Shown here piece after piece: positions 18,108 through 27,423 of a stretch of 45,713 bases of DNA (its first letter is position 1; the number at the start of each line of letters is the position of its first letter). The position numbers were made by a program, and so were the translations under genes. The stretch comes from Pseudomonadota bacterium (lineage in GTDB: Bacteria > Desulfobacterota > WTBG01 > CAIYCZ01 > CAIRTM01), in assembly GCA_024640785.1 (NCBI GenBank), contig JAHEEI010000001.1, forward strand, positions 1 to 45,713, given 5' to 3'. The notes under the pieces were generated by a model. That model was given only the letters and a program-made list of their open reading frames with translations, made no database searches and was not told the origin of the DNA.

Positions 18108-19265
18108 TTAGGATTTTTTATTTTTTTCGGACTGTCTTGAAAGAACCTCCTCATATATTTTTTCAACTTTTTTAGCCTGTTTTTCAAGATCAAAAAGAGC
18201 CAGAGCCTTTGTTCGGGCATTTTTGCCAAGTTTTTGACAGAACCCAGGATCGTCAACCAGAAGCATGATTGCTTCTGCGATATTTTCAGGAGTGTCTTCT
18301 ACCACAAGGCCGTCTGTTCCATCCTCAATAAGTTCAGGAAGTATTCCTCTCTTAGCCCCAATAACTGGTGTTCCCATAGCCATTGCCTCCCTTACCGCTC
18401 TACAGGAACCGTCGCTTCCGGGGACGAGAAATATTTTAAAGTTCAGGCATGAAATCGTTTCACAAAAATCTTCTCTTTTATATCCGGTAAAAATAATATT
18501 TGATCTAATTCCCATTTTCTGAGAGGGTTTAATTGCAAGTTCTTCAATATGCGTTCCTCGGCCGATGATCATGAATTTAAAACCGGGAAACTGATTTGTG
18601 ACGATCTGTATCGCTTCCAGTAGAATTTCAAAACGTCTGTGTTTTTGAACCCTTGCAACTATTCCGCCTATCACAGTTTCTTTTGAAAGATGATATTTTT
18701 CCCTGCTGTCATTAACTTTATCCGGATTAAAACGTTCAAGGTCAACAGGGACATCAACCTTCCATAAATCTTTATCAGCCAAGCCGTAGTTTTCTTTAAT
18801 ATGATTTTTTGTAAGGTTTGAGATAGTTATCAGGCCGTCGGTCATGCATGAGAGTAGGAGCCGTGTTTTAAGGCCTCCCGACATTCTATGTCCGTCATAA
18901 CATGTTCTTATCAGAATTGTTTTGATAGGAACAAAAAGCAGGGCCATGCCGCACAGAAAATGATCATTGGGTAGATGGGTATGCACCACATCAAATTCTT
19001 CTTCCTTTAAAAACCGCCTTAATGCCGGAAGGTCTTTGATGTTATCTACCAGGTTAAAATGTTTGTTAAGTTTAAATTTTGTAACCGGTGAGATCCCGGC
19101 CCTTTCCGCTGCAGCGACAATTGAATTTTGTCTTTCTTCAAGAGGCGGTTCTGCACAAGCAAAAGTAACTTCATGCCCCAACTTTAAATGGGCAACAGCC
19201 ATGTTGAGAGCATGTTCTGCAGGGCCTGTCCATTTCCAGTTGCTAAAAATATGGAGGATCTTCAT
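18108..19265 (-). CDS. glycosyltransferase family 4 (GT-B)
   Basis: KILHIFSNWKWTGPAE N-terminal domain. C-terminal EX7E-like region (GSDGSCRAVREAMAMGTPVI). 385 aa. Confidence 0.8.
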   Translation of the reverse strand: MKILHIFSNWKWTGPAEHALNMAVAHLKLGHEVTFACAEPPLEERQNSIVAAAERAGISPVTKFKLNKHFNLVDNIKDLPALRRFLKEEEFDVVHTHLPNDHFLCGMALLFVPIKTILIRTCYDGHRMSGGLKTRLLLSCMTDGLITISNLTKNHIKENYGLADKDLWKVDVPVDLERFNPDKVNDSREKYHLSKETVIGGIVARVQKHRRFEILLEAIQIVTNQFPGFKFMIIGRGTHIEELAIKPSQKMGIRSNIIFTGYKREDFCETISCLNFKIFLVPGSDGSCRAVREAMAMGTPVIGAKRGILPELIEDGTDGLVVEDTPENIAEAIMLLVDDPGFCQKLGKNARTKALALFDLEKQAKKVEKIYEEVLSRQSEKNKKS

Positions 19266-19306
19266 AAAAGCTATCTTCTTTCAAAAGCTTCGGCTATAGA
19301 CCGGTA

Positions 19307-20932
19307 TCATTTAAAACTTATGTCATAGATCTCTGTTATTTTTGTGCTGCTTATCTTTAGAATCCTTTGATAATATTTTTTTCTATTATCATAGAGTTGA
19401 GTATCTTTAGCGTAAAAGTAGAAAAATTTCAAGCGGTCTTTTACTGTTATTAGACTGGAAACGGATGCATTAAGCTGAGCAAGATTATTTGCGCGCTGAT
19501 AAAAACTAAGATCTTTTCTAAAAAGGACACGATCAAGATCAATAAAATAAAAATTCCAGATGTCCTTCTCACTTTCAGTTACAAGGATATTATTGGACTT
19601 TAGATCGCTATGGTATATTCCCTTAGAATGAAGATTTTTCAACGCGTCTGCACAGGCCTTTATAAATGCGGATTTGTTTTTTATCTGTGCCGGGCTTTTG
19701 AAAACATTAATGTAATCATTCAGCTCTTTTGCTTCATTCATAAAACTGGAAATAATATAGCTTTTAATCACAAAGGGCCCAACTTTTTTCTCAACAACAG
19801 CCCGGGGAAGGGGGGTGTCTATTCCCCTTACTATCAGACCGTTTGAGGCTATCCAGCTTTTAAGAGACCTTGATTTTCTGAACAGATTTCTTAATACATA
19901 TAACATATTGACAAAGCTGTTTTCCTTGACGCAGAGGGATTCTTTTCCTTCTCTTTCAACGATGGTAACAACTGATTTTTCAGAACTTTTAAGTATGGGT
20001 CCATTTTTATTTTTTTTAATTAAAGCGTGCAGGGCTAAAACTTCATCAGTCTCTTTTTTGCCAAAGTCCTTTCTTCCGTAATAGGTCTCTTTACTGTTTT
20101 TTCTGACTTCAAAAACAGAACTTTTTTTAATGCACCTTTTGCTTCGGCTTTTAATCCTCGTGTTTTTAAGCCTGTTTTGCTTTAGAGCAACTTTTTGAGA
20201 AAAAAGTTTTAAGTGCGCATCGTTTTTCCCAAGGTATTCCTTAAAAAAAACAAACCGGTTTTCTTCCGAAAAAAAAATGGAGTTTAAAAGTTGGGCAATG
20301 TCCTTTATTCTCATCCCGGTCGAGATCTTTCTTGGGAAGGCCGCCTTATGGAGGTCGATGAAAAAAAGTTCGAATAGGGCACCCTGTTTTTCCCTGATCA
20401 GGATATTTCCCCCGTGAAGGTCCCTGTAAAAGATATTATTGATGTGAAGATCTTTTATTAAGCGAGCAATAGAAATAATAAGGGCCTTTTTTATGTCGGG
20501 TTTTAAAATATTATTTTCAATATATTCATTAAATGGAACAGCTGAAGGAATAGCTTCTATTAAAAGGCAGCTGTCATCAAGCAGACCAAAACTTTTTTTT
20601 TCTGAAAAAGCAAGCGGTTCGGGGCAGGGGAGCCCCTTATTAATAAAATTGTTTAGCCCCTTCCATTCGGAATAAGCTTTTGAGGGGATTACAAGATGTT
20701 TGGCTTTTACTCCGGGGCCGCCTTTTTTGTAAAGCTTTACAAAAATCTGGTTCGAGGCATTGTCCTCAGGGTTTAAAAAAAGAACGGTACGGACATTATT
20801 ATCTTTTACAATAGAAAATTCAGGGTAGTTCGCAAAGTTTTTTAGCCGGGGATAGATATTTTCAAGAATATTTTCATCCAGACCGTCGTTTACTGTCCAT
20901 TGAATATTATTTTTTTTTATATCCCTAAACAT
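19307..20932 (-). CDS. tandem double-domain lipopolysaccharide kinase (Kdo/WaaP family)
   Basis: Two kinase cores in one ORF: IFYRDLHGGNILI...FFIDLH (N half) and IYHSDLKSNNILV...YFIDLDR (C half). 541 aa. Confidence 0.7.
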   Translation of the reverse strand: MFRDIKKNNIQWTVNDGLDENILENIYPRLKNFANYPEFSIVKDNNVRTVLFLNPEDNASNQIFVKLYKKGGPGVKAKHLVIPSKAYSEWKGLNNFINKGLPCPEPLAFSEKKSFGLLDDSCLLIEAIPSAVPFNEYIENNILKPDIKKALIISIARLIKDLHINNIFYRDLHGGNILIREKQGALFELFFIDLHKAAFPRKISTGMRIKDIAQLLNSIFFSEENRFVFFKEYLGKNDAHLKLFSQKVALKQNRLKNTRIKSRSKRCIKKSSVFEVRKNSKETYYGRKDFGKKETDEVLALHALIKKNKNGPILKSSEKSVVTIVEREGKESLCVKENSFVNMLYVLRNLFRKSRSLKSWIASNGLIVRGIDTPLPRAVVEKKVGPFVIKSYIISSFMNEAKELNDYINVFKSPAQIKNKSAFIKACADALKNLHSKGIYHSDLKSNNILVTESEKDIWNFYFIDLDRVLFRKDLSFYQRANNLAQLNASVSSLITVKDRLKFFYFYAKDTQLYDNRKKYYQRILKISSTKITEIYDISFK

Positions 20933-21021
20933 GGCAGATTTGATCAGACCTCTTTACAAGTTGAACGCCGGTTATAAGCAGGTGAAGAGAACAGCAGGGA
21001 CACCCACTATGCGGTTGGCGG

Positions 21022-21777
21022 TTAATTTTTTCGCAGTTCCCACAATTTTGCATATTTCAGAAAAACATAATATGAGGTTATAACTGAAATAATTAAACCC
21101 GGTATTCCATCAAGAATTCCGCCTTTCCATATATAGGTTGTCAGAAAACTAATCGGCGGTTTTGTTAAAAGAAGGAACAGAGTAAATCTTTTACCTTTCT
21201 TCAGCCAGATATCTGCCGAGATACGAGAAAAAGAATCAACTGTTTCAAGTTGGTGGGCAATGTTACGGTAGACATAATGCAGAATTTTGCCGTTTAGGCG
21301 TTTTACTTTGCCATCGCAAACAAGCTTTTCATGGAGACTTTCTCCGCTCCATCTGCCGTTGTCTTTTCGGATGAGCCTGAGCTTTGTATCCGGAGACCAT
21401 CCCCCGTGTTTTATCCAGCGTCCCAGATAATAGGATTGGCGGGGAAAAACAAATCCATCTGCATCCGGGGTACCGTTTAGGAGCTCTTTTTTTATTTCGG
21501 TTTGAGCTTCAAGAGAAAGCCGTTCATCCGCATCAAGGTTTAATATCCATTCACCCGTTGCCAGTTCCTGAGCAAACTGTTTTTGTTTTAAGAATCCGGG
21601 CCATTTTCGCTGTATGACTTTTTCTGTATACTCTTTGCATATTTCAACTGTTTTATCTGATGAGAACGAATCCACAACAATGATCTCATCAGCCCATTTT
21701 ACGCTCTCCAAGCAGTCCCGGATATTTTTATCCTCATTAAAGGTGATGATAGTAACTGATAATTTAGGAATTCCCAT
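21022..21777 (-). CDS. glycosyltransferase family 2, LPS-core type (WaaE/KdtX-like)
   Basis: LSVTIITFNEDKNIRDCLESVKWADEIIVVDSFSSDKT plus the DADE motif (LNLDADERLS). 251 aa. Confidence 0.8.
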   Translation of the reverse strand: MGIPKLSVTIITFNEDKNIRDCLESVKWADEIIVVDSFSSDKTVEICKEYTEKVIQRKWPGFLKQKQFAQELATGEWILNLDADERLSLEAQTEIKKELLNGTPDADGFVFPRQSYYLGRWIKHGGWSPDTKLRLIRKDNGRWSGESLHEKLVCDGKVKRLNGKILHYVYRNIAHQLETVDSFSRISADIWLKKGKRFTLFLLLTKPPISFLTTYIWKGGILDGIPGLIISVITSYYVFLKYAKLWELRKN

Positions 21778-21800
21778 TATATAATTTAATAATTAATTCT

Positions 21801-22853
21801 TTATAAGAGTTTTAGTTTTTCCAAAACAGCTTTTTCCACAGCAGCTGTTGAAATATTTTTCATGCATAAGTGAAGTCTTTCAGGGCAAACCCTTTTCCAG
21901 CACGGACTGCACGGCATATCTTTTTTAATCACCACCGCATCTCTTCCCAGGGGTGATGTGGTCACCGGGTTTGTGGAGCCGAAAACAGCCACCACCGGTG
22001 TTTTTACGGCACACGCAACATGCATCGGTCCGGTGTCATTTGTAACCAGGAGATCACACTCTTTCAGAAGCGCGGTGAGCTGCAGGATGTCTGTTTTTCC
22101 GGTGACATCAATTGCCTTGTTTCCCAGGTCTTTGTTTATCCTTCCGGCAAGCAGGCTAGAATTTGTATCACCGAAAATGATTATATCACACCTTCTATTC
22201 TTATACAGTTTTTTTGCAAGCTCTCCAAACCTTTCAGGCAGCCACTGTTTTGCTTCTCCATTGGTTGATCCGGGATTTATTCCCACCAGGAACTTTTTTG
22301 AACCGTCTCTTTTTGAAAACAGAAATTCACGCGCCCACTTGATATTTTCTTCCGGCACTTTAATCTCGGGGAGTTGAGGAAAACTTGCTTTTCCCATACT
22401 TTCAAGCAGTTTTTTGTAGTAATGTACCTGATGTTTGGAAAGTATTTTCCGGTCTCTTTTAACTGTCTCTGTAAGAAACAACCCTCTGCCGTTTGACCCA
22501 AAGCCGATTCTTTCAGGAATGCCGGCTAAAAAACAGGTAAGCGTAGAACCCAGAGAGTTAGGAAAGATAAAAACCCGGTCAAACTTTTTAATTTTAAGCA
22601 TTGATGAGGTCTTTAAAACAGTAAAAGCTTTTTTGTATCCCTTTTCCTTATGAAAAGTAATGATTTCGTCGATTGCTTCGACAGTTTTGAATATGTCAGC
22701 TATGGTGTCTTTTGCCAATATTGCCAGCCATGCATCAGGATAAAGATTTCTTATCCCGTAAATCGTGGGAATGGTTATTACGGCATCCCCAAGCCAGCTG
22801 GTGCTGAAAATGAGAATTTTTTTAATTTTTTTAGGTTTGGAATTATTTATCAT
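21801..22853 (-). CDS. waaF: ADP-heptose:LPS heptosyltransferase, GT9 (WaaF-like)
   Basis: ILIFSTSWLGDAV N-terminal motif, like the WaaF SWVGD. C-terminal TNDTGPMHVA and a C..C...C tail. 350 aa. Confidence 0.7.
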   Translation of the reverse strand: MINNSKPKKIKKILIFSTSWLGDAVITIPTIYGIRNLYPDAWLAILAKDTIADIFKTVEAIDEIITFHKEKGYKKAFTVLKTSSMLKIKKFDRVFIFPNSLGSTLTCFLAGIPERIGFGSNGRGLFLTETVKRDRKILSKHQVHYYKKLLESMGKASFPQLPEIKVPEENIKWAREFLFSKRDGSKKFLVGINPGSTNGEAKQWLPERFGELAKKLYKNRRCDIIIFGDTNSSLLAGRINKDLGNKAIDVTGKTDILQLTALLKECDLLVTNDTGPMHVACAVKTPVVAVFGSTNPVTTSPLGRDAVVIKKDMPCSPCWKRVCPERLHLCMKNISTAAVEKAVLEKLKLL

Positions 22854-22929
22854 GATAAAATTAAAAGTATATTTTAGAGTGTGGGATATCTTGATGTCTG
22901 TTTTGCTGCTAAGGAGGCGTACTTTAAAA

Positions 22930-24060
22930 TTAACTTCTTATGGGGTTGCTTAATGATCTTGGATTTATCTTTTTGTTCCTCTTGTTTTTAAATGAATCGA
23001 GCATAATATTTATAGCCCGAATTGCATCACGCTCTTTTACTCCGTTCATGCAGTCCCTGTCCGCACAATTTGTCTTTCTGCAGGGCGCGCATTTAATCTC
23101 TTTTCTGATAACAATATGAGGGGTGTATCTGTAGGGCTCATTAACCACGTGGTCTGTGGGCCCGAATATTGCAACCACAGGGGTATTTACAAAAGCCGCC
23201 AGATGCATGGGACCGGTATCGCTACCGACATAAAGATCGCTGCACCTAAAAATTTCAGCCAGCTGACAAAGGTTTTCTGTTTCGGGTGCGATAATAGCAC
23301 GATATTTCATAAGTCCGATTATTTCTTTTACCATCTCAATCTCTTCATTTGCCCAGGTGAAAATAATCTGAGCCGCATTGTCTTCAACGATTTTATCAGC
23401 AACAACTGCATAACGGTAGGCATCCCAGCGTTTATAGGGGGTCGAAGGACTTGTGCCCGGATGTATTGCTACCAGAGGGCGTTCCGGCTCAATCCGGTTC
23501 TGCTTTAAAAACTTCTGAATCAAATCACGGTCTTTATCTGGTATATAAATATTCGGCGGACCCTGTTTAATGTCGAGACCCAATTTCTCAACCAGGGTAA
23601 TATTGCGGTCAACCCGGTTCATTCTATCCGAATCAAGAGAGAACCTACGGTTATTAAACAGGAAATTCATCTCTTTTGTGAAAGGTTTTGTGAAGCCCAC
23701 ACGGTCTTTTGCTCTGCTTAGGAAACTTATTATACCGCTTTTAAAAAGACCATGAAAATCAAAGGCTATTTCAAACTTCTTATTTCTTATGTCCTGCACA
23801 AACATCAGAAATTGATTTACTCCCTGGAAAAACGTCTTTGGCGATTTTATTTTTGCAGCCAATTCTTTTTTAGGGAAAATGATAACTTCATCTATGCCAG
23901 GATGGGCTTCAAGTATATCTTTCGACGCGTCTTCTACAATCCAGGCAATATATGCATCAGGAAAATTCTTTCTGATAATGTGAAAAGCCGGAAGAGTCCT
24001 TAACACATCTCCTATTGCGCTAAGCCTTATTATTAGAATTTTATCTGGATTTAACAGCAT
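22930..24060 (-). CDS. GT9 heptosyltransferase family protein (WaaC-like candidate)
   Basis: ILIIRLSAIGDVLRTLPA, GSDTGPMHLAA, and the CAPCRK...C tail. 376 aa. Confidence 0.7.
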   Translation of the reverse strand: MLLNPDKILIIRLSAIGDVLRTLPAFHIIRKNFPDAYIAWIVEDASKDILEAHPGIDEVIIFPKKELAAKIKSPKTFFQGVNQFLMFVQDIRNKKFEIAFDFHGLFKSGIISFLSRAKDRVGFTKPFTKEMNFLFNNRRFSLDSDRMNRVDRNITLVEKLGLDIKQGPPNIYIPDKDRDLIQKFLKQNRIEPERPLVAIHPGTSPSTPYKRWDAYRYAVVADKIVEDNAAQIIFTWANEEIEMVKEIIGLMKYRAIIAPETENLCQLAEIFRCSDLYVGSDTGPMHLAAFVNTPVVAIFGPTDHVVNEPYRYTPHIVIRKEIKCAPCRKTNCADRDCMNGVKERDAIRAINIMLDSFKNKRNKKINPRSLSNPIRS

Positions 24061-24224
24061 AATGTTTATTCCGATTATTTATTTTTATCACAATCTTTTA
24101 TCAAGAAAATCATTAAATATCAACAGGTTTCAGTTAATTTTTGTTTTTACTTGCCCATCACTGTAGTGTATAGTAATTAGTCGTTATAATTATTTTGAAA
24201 TCAGTTATAAGAACATCTTTTTCC

Positions 24225-25181
24225 ATGAAAAAGCTTCTATTATTAACAAATCCAGTATCAGGGAAAACAGAAGGACAAAAGATAAAGGGAAAACTGTTCT
24301 CGATTTTAAAAAATCATCTTCCGGCAAAAGAGTATGATATTGTTGCCACAGAGCCGGATATGAAAGATCAGCTTTCTAACATTTGTATGGGTTACGAAAA
24401 AGTGGTTGCAGCAGGAGGGGATGGCACCATATCAAACATTATCCAGGCAATGGAAGGGCTCGGATGGAAACAAAAAATCGGAATTATTCCTCTGGGTACA
24501 GGAAACGATCTAGCCCGGTCTCTTGGGATTTTAGAGGCTGCGAAAAGCGGCGGACTGGAAAACCTTATTAAGATTATTTTAAAAGGCAAAACAAAACAGC
24601 TGGATATCCTTGAAGTAAATAATAAATACACTTGTATCAACTACTTTAGTCTTGGAAATGATGCAGGGATATTAAATGATTTTAATACGTTTCGGGGAGA
24701 CGAATCCAACCGGTTATTTTTTAAATATTCCCTCGGAAAAGCGGTGTATGCTTTTGCAGGGATTAAAAGGCTTAGATATGAAATACCTGCTGGAACAGCA
24801 CTTTCATACAATAGAGATAACAGCAGACAAATTCAAATAAATTTTAATTCGTCAATACGCGCGATCTTAATATCGAATATAAGTTCATACGGCGGCGGCG
24901 CTATGCTTTCAAGTAAAGCACGAACAGATGACCGGATTTTTGAGGTCACAATAATCAAAAGTTTTAAAGAGTGGGCCGCTCTTCACCTTTCCCGGTTTGT
25001 TAAAAAACAGCTGGACATTATATGTCCGGAAGTTGACCAGATACAGACAGACAGGGTTGAGCTTTTGCTTCCTGAAGCAACCTTTTGTCAGACAGATGGC
25101 GAAATTATAAAAAGTCTTTCACAAGCTGAAAAGAAGATCAATGTTAAAGTTAAATCTTATATTGACATAATTGTTCCCTGA
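24225..25181 (+). CDS. diacylglycerol-kinase-catalytic-domain lipid kinase (YegS/BmrU/LCB5 family)
   Basis: LLLLTNPVSGK, AAGGDGT, and PLGTGNDLARSLG motifs. The ORF track starts at TTG 24195; ATG 24225 is preferred. Confidence 0.75.
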   Translation: MKKLLLLTNPVSGKTEGQKIKGKLFSILKNHLPAKEYDIVATEPDMKDQLSNICMGYEKVVAAGGDGTISNIIQAMEGLGWKQKIGIIPLGTGNDLARSLGILEAAKSGGLENLIKIILKGKTKQLDILEVNNKYTCINYFSLGNDAGILNDFNTFRGDESNRLFFKYSLGKAVYAFAGIKRLRYEIPAGTALSYNRDNSRQIQINFNSSIRAILISNISSYGGGAMLSSKARTDDRIFEVTIIKSFKEWAALHLSRFVKKQLDIICPEVDQIQTDRVELLLPEATFCQTDGEIIKSLSQAEKKINVKVKSYIDIIVP

Positions 25182-25323
25182 TAAAGAACTCATGTCATAA
25201 ACAAAAGCTGATAAGGCTTATTTTTTTCGATATAGGTCTTTAAATTAAAAAGAGCATTTTGGGAATATAAATTAATTCAATTGAGCGATTTTCACTTAAA
25301 CACTTTATCGTCAGGATTTATAA

Positions 25324-26271
25324 GTGGATATTTCTTTTATCATAGTAAGCTGGAACACACGGGACCTTCTTGTTGACTGCCTTAATTCAATAGAAAAACA
25401 TGCTAAGGGATATTCTTTTGAAACCTTTGTGGTGGATAATAATTCAAGCGATGGAAGCTCTGCCCTAGTGGAAAAACTTTTTCACAATAGGGTTAACCTG
25501 ATCAGAAATAGTGAAAATATGGGTTTTGGCAGGGCAAATAATCAGGCCATTAAATACGCAAAGGGGAGGTATGTTATTCTCTTAAACAGTGATACGGTAC
25601 TTAATGAAGGAACTGTAAGCGGTCTGGTCTCTTTTCTTGACAATCACGGTGACGCTGCCATGTCAGGCCCTCGCATGACAGATGAAAACGGAAAGCCTCA
25701 AAACAGTTACGATAATTTTCCCGCACTTATTACAGAGCTTTTAAATAAAAGTATCTTACGGAAACTTTTTCCTGAAAAATTTGCGGGTAAAAGCTTAAAA
25801 AAAAAGTTGCCTTTCGAGGTGGACTCCCTCATCGGTGCTTGCATCGCGATTAGATCCGAAGCCATAAAAGAAGTGGGAATGTTTGACGAAGACTACTTCT
25901 TTTTTCTTGAGGAGACAGACTGGTGTTTTCGCATGAGAAAAGCCGGCTGGAAAATATTTCATCAGCCTGAAATAAATATAATTCATCTCCAGGGACAAAG
26001 CAAAAAAATCCGTCCTGTCCTGTCCTGGATTGAATATTACAGATCACTGTATAAATATTTTAAAAAAAACAGGTCAAGAGCGTCTTATTTATGTCTGAGG
26101 ATATTTCGTTTTTTTAAACTTGTTATAAATCTGGTGCTGACTTTTATCGGACTTCTTTTCACTCTGGGCAAGAAAAAAAGGCTCAGGGAAAAAACCGTAA
26201 TTTATTCCAGAATACTCTGGTGGCACCTTACGTTGTGTCCTGAGCATGTTGGGCTGAAGGGAAAAGGATAA
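25324..26271 (+). CDS. glycosyltransferase family 2
   Basis: ISFIIVSWNTRD, VVDNNSSDGS, LLNSDT (DxD-like), and FFFLEETDWCFR. 315 aa, GTG start. Confidence 0.8.
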   Translation: MDISFIIVSWNTRDLLVDCLNSIEKHAKGYSFETFVVDNNSSDGSSALVEKLFHNRVNLIRNSENMGFGRANNQAIKYAKGRYVILLNSDTVLNEGTVSGLVSFLDNHGDAAMSGPRMTDENGKPQNSYDNFPALITELLNKSILRKLFPEKFAGKSLKKKLPFEVDSLIGACIAIRSEAIKEVGMFDEDYFFFLEETDWCFRMRKAGWKIFHQPEINIIHLQGQSKKIRPVLSWIEYYRSLYKYFKKNRSRASYLCLRIFRFFKLVINLVLTFIGLLFTLGKKKRLREKTVIYSRILWWHLTLCPEHVGLKGKG

Positions 26272-27423
26272 ATGAAAATAGCCCTTGTGAGAAAAGAATT
26301 TAACGCACTGCATGGAGGCGCGGAACGCTATGCCGTTAATCTTGCTAACGGGCTGGCAACGCTTGGCCATGATGTTCATATCTTTTGCGGCAAAAGCGAA
26401 ATAAAAGAAAAAAATAATATAACAGTACACAAAGTGCCATATCTAAAAACCCCTTCTCCTCTTAAAAACCTGTCTTTCAGCAGAAACAGCTCAAGGCTGA
26501 TCGCTAAGGAAAGTTTTGATATTGTTAACGGGCTTGCGCAGATATTTCCGCAGGATATTTACAGGGTCGGTGACCCTCTTCACATAAACTGCCTGCAGGC
26601 TTTTTCTGCGAATCCATTAAAAAGAGCAATAAAGCATCTGAATCCGAGGCATCTGGCTCTTCTTTATATTGAAAAGAATATATTTAAGAAGGGAAACTAT
26701 AAACGCATTATTACAAATTCCCGCATGTCAAAAGCGCAGGTTGCTCTCTACTATAATGTCCCTGAAGAAAAAATATCGGTCGTTCATAACGGGGTTGATT
26801 TAAATAAATTTAATTCCGATGGAAAACAGGGGTTAAGAAAAAGTATAAGAAAAAATCTAGGTATAAAAAAGGACGAAACGGTTTTCCTTTTCGCAGGCAA
26901 TGATTTTAGACGAAAGGGACTGAAATTCGCGATGCAGTGCGCTGCAAACCTCATTAAGAAAGGGTTTAAAGTAAAGCTTCTCATAGCGGGCCGGCAAAAG
27001 GCAGAACCATATTTGAGGCTGGTCAGGAAAAATGGATATGCAGATCATATTCTGTTTTTAGGACCGGTTGAAAAGATAGAATCTGTTTTTTGCGCGTCAG
27101 ACATATTTATCCTCCCGACTTTTTATGATCCTTTTTCCAATGTATGTCTTGAAGCGATGGCATGCGGGCTGCCGGTGATAACCACAAGGCTTAACGGTGC
27201 GGCTGAAATAATAGAGGACCGGGTCTCGGGTATTTTGGTTGATTCGCCCTGGCTTCTGGAGGAAATGATTACTGCGGCTTCTTCTGTCATCGAAAACAAT
27301 TCTTCCGGATTAAAAGCGATGAGCGAAAAGGCTGTTTTAGCCGCAAGGCAAAATCCTGTGGAAAAAAACATTCAGAAAACAGAAAAAGTTTACATGGAAG
27401 TTATGAAGGAAAAAGGTGCTTGA
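26272..27423 (+). CDS. glycosyltransferase family 4 (WaaG-like GT-B)
   Basis: HGGAERY N-terminal motif. C-terminal PTFYDPFSNVCLEAMACGLPVI (EX7E). The ATG directly abuts the upstream stop. Confidence 0.8.
   Translation: MKIALVRKEFNALHGGAERYAVNLANGLATLGHDVHIFCGKSEIKEKNNITVHKVPYLKTPSPLKNLSFSRNSSRLIAKESFDIVNGLAQIFPQDIYRVGDPLHINCLQAFSANPLKRAIKHLNPRHLALLYIEKNIFKKGNYKRIITNSRMSKAQVALYYNVPEEKISVVHNGVDLNKFNSDGKQGLRKSIRKNLGIKKDETVFLFAGNDFRRKGLKFAMQCAANLIKKGFKVKLLIAGRQKAEPYLRLVRKNGYADHILFLGPVEKIESVFCASDIFILPTFYDPFSNVCLEAMACGLPVITTRLNGAAEIIEDRVSGILVDSPWLLEEMITAASSVIENNSSGLKAMSEKAVLAARQNPVEKNIQKTEKVYMEVMKEKGA

Noticed and set aside
18100-18108. Convergent sirC and GT4 stops only 7 bp apart with no terminator hairpin
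   Set aside because: The gap is too short to evaluate, and this is probably just compact gene packing.
24061-24224. Divergent promoters of the two LPS operons
   Set aside because: The region is AT-rich with a TATAGT-like element near 24170, but no convincing -35 element at proper spacing on either strand. It is left unannotated.
26089-26430. 113-aa minus-strand ORF spanning the GT2/GT4 junction
   Set aside because: It overlaps two abutting plus-strand genes that have clear glycosyltransferase motifs, and its product has no features.
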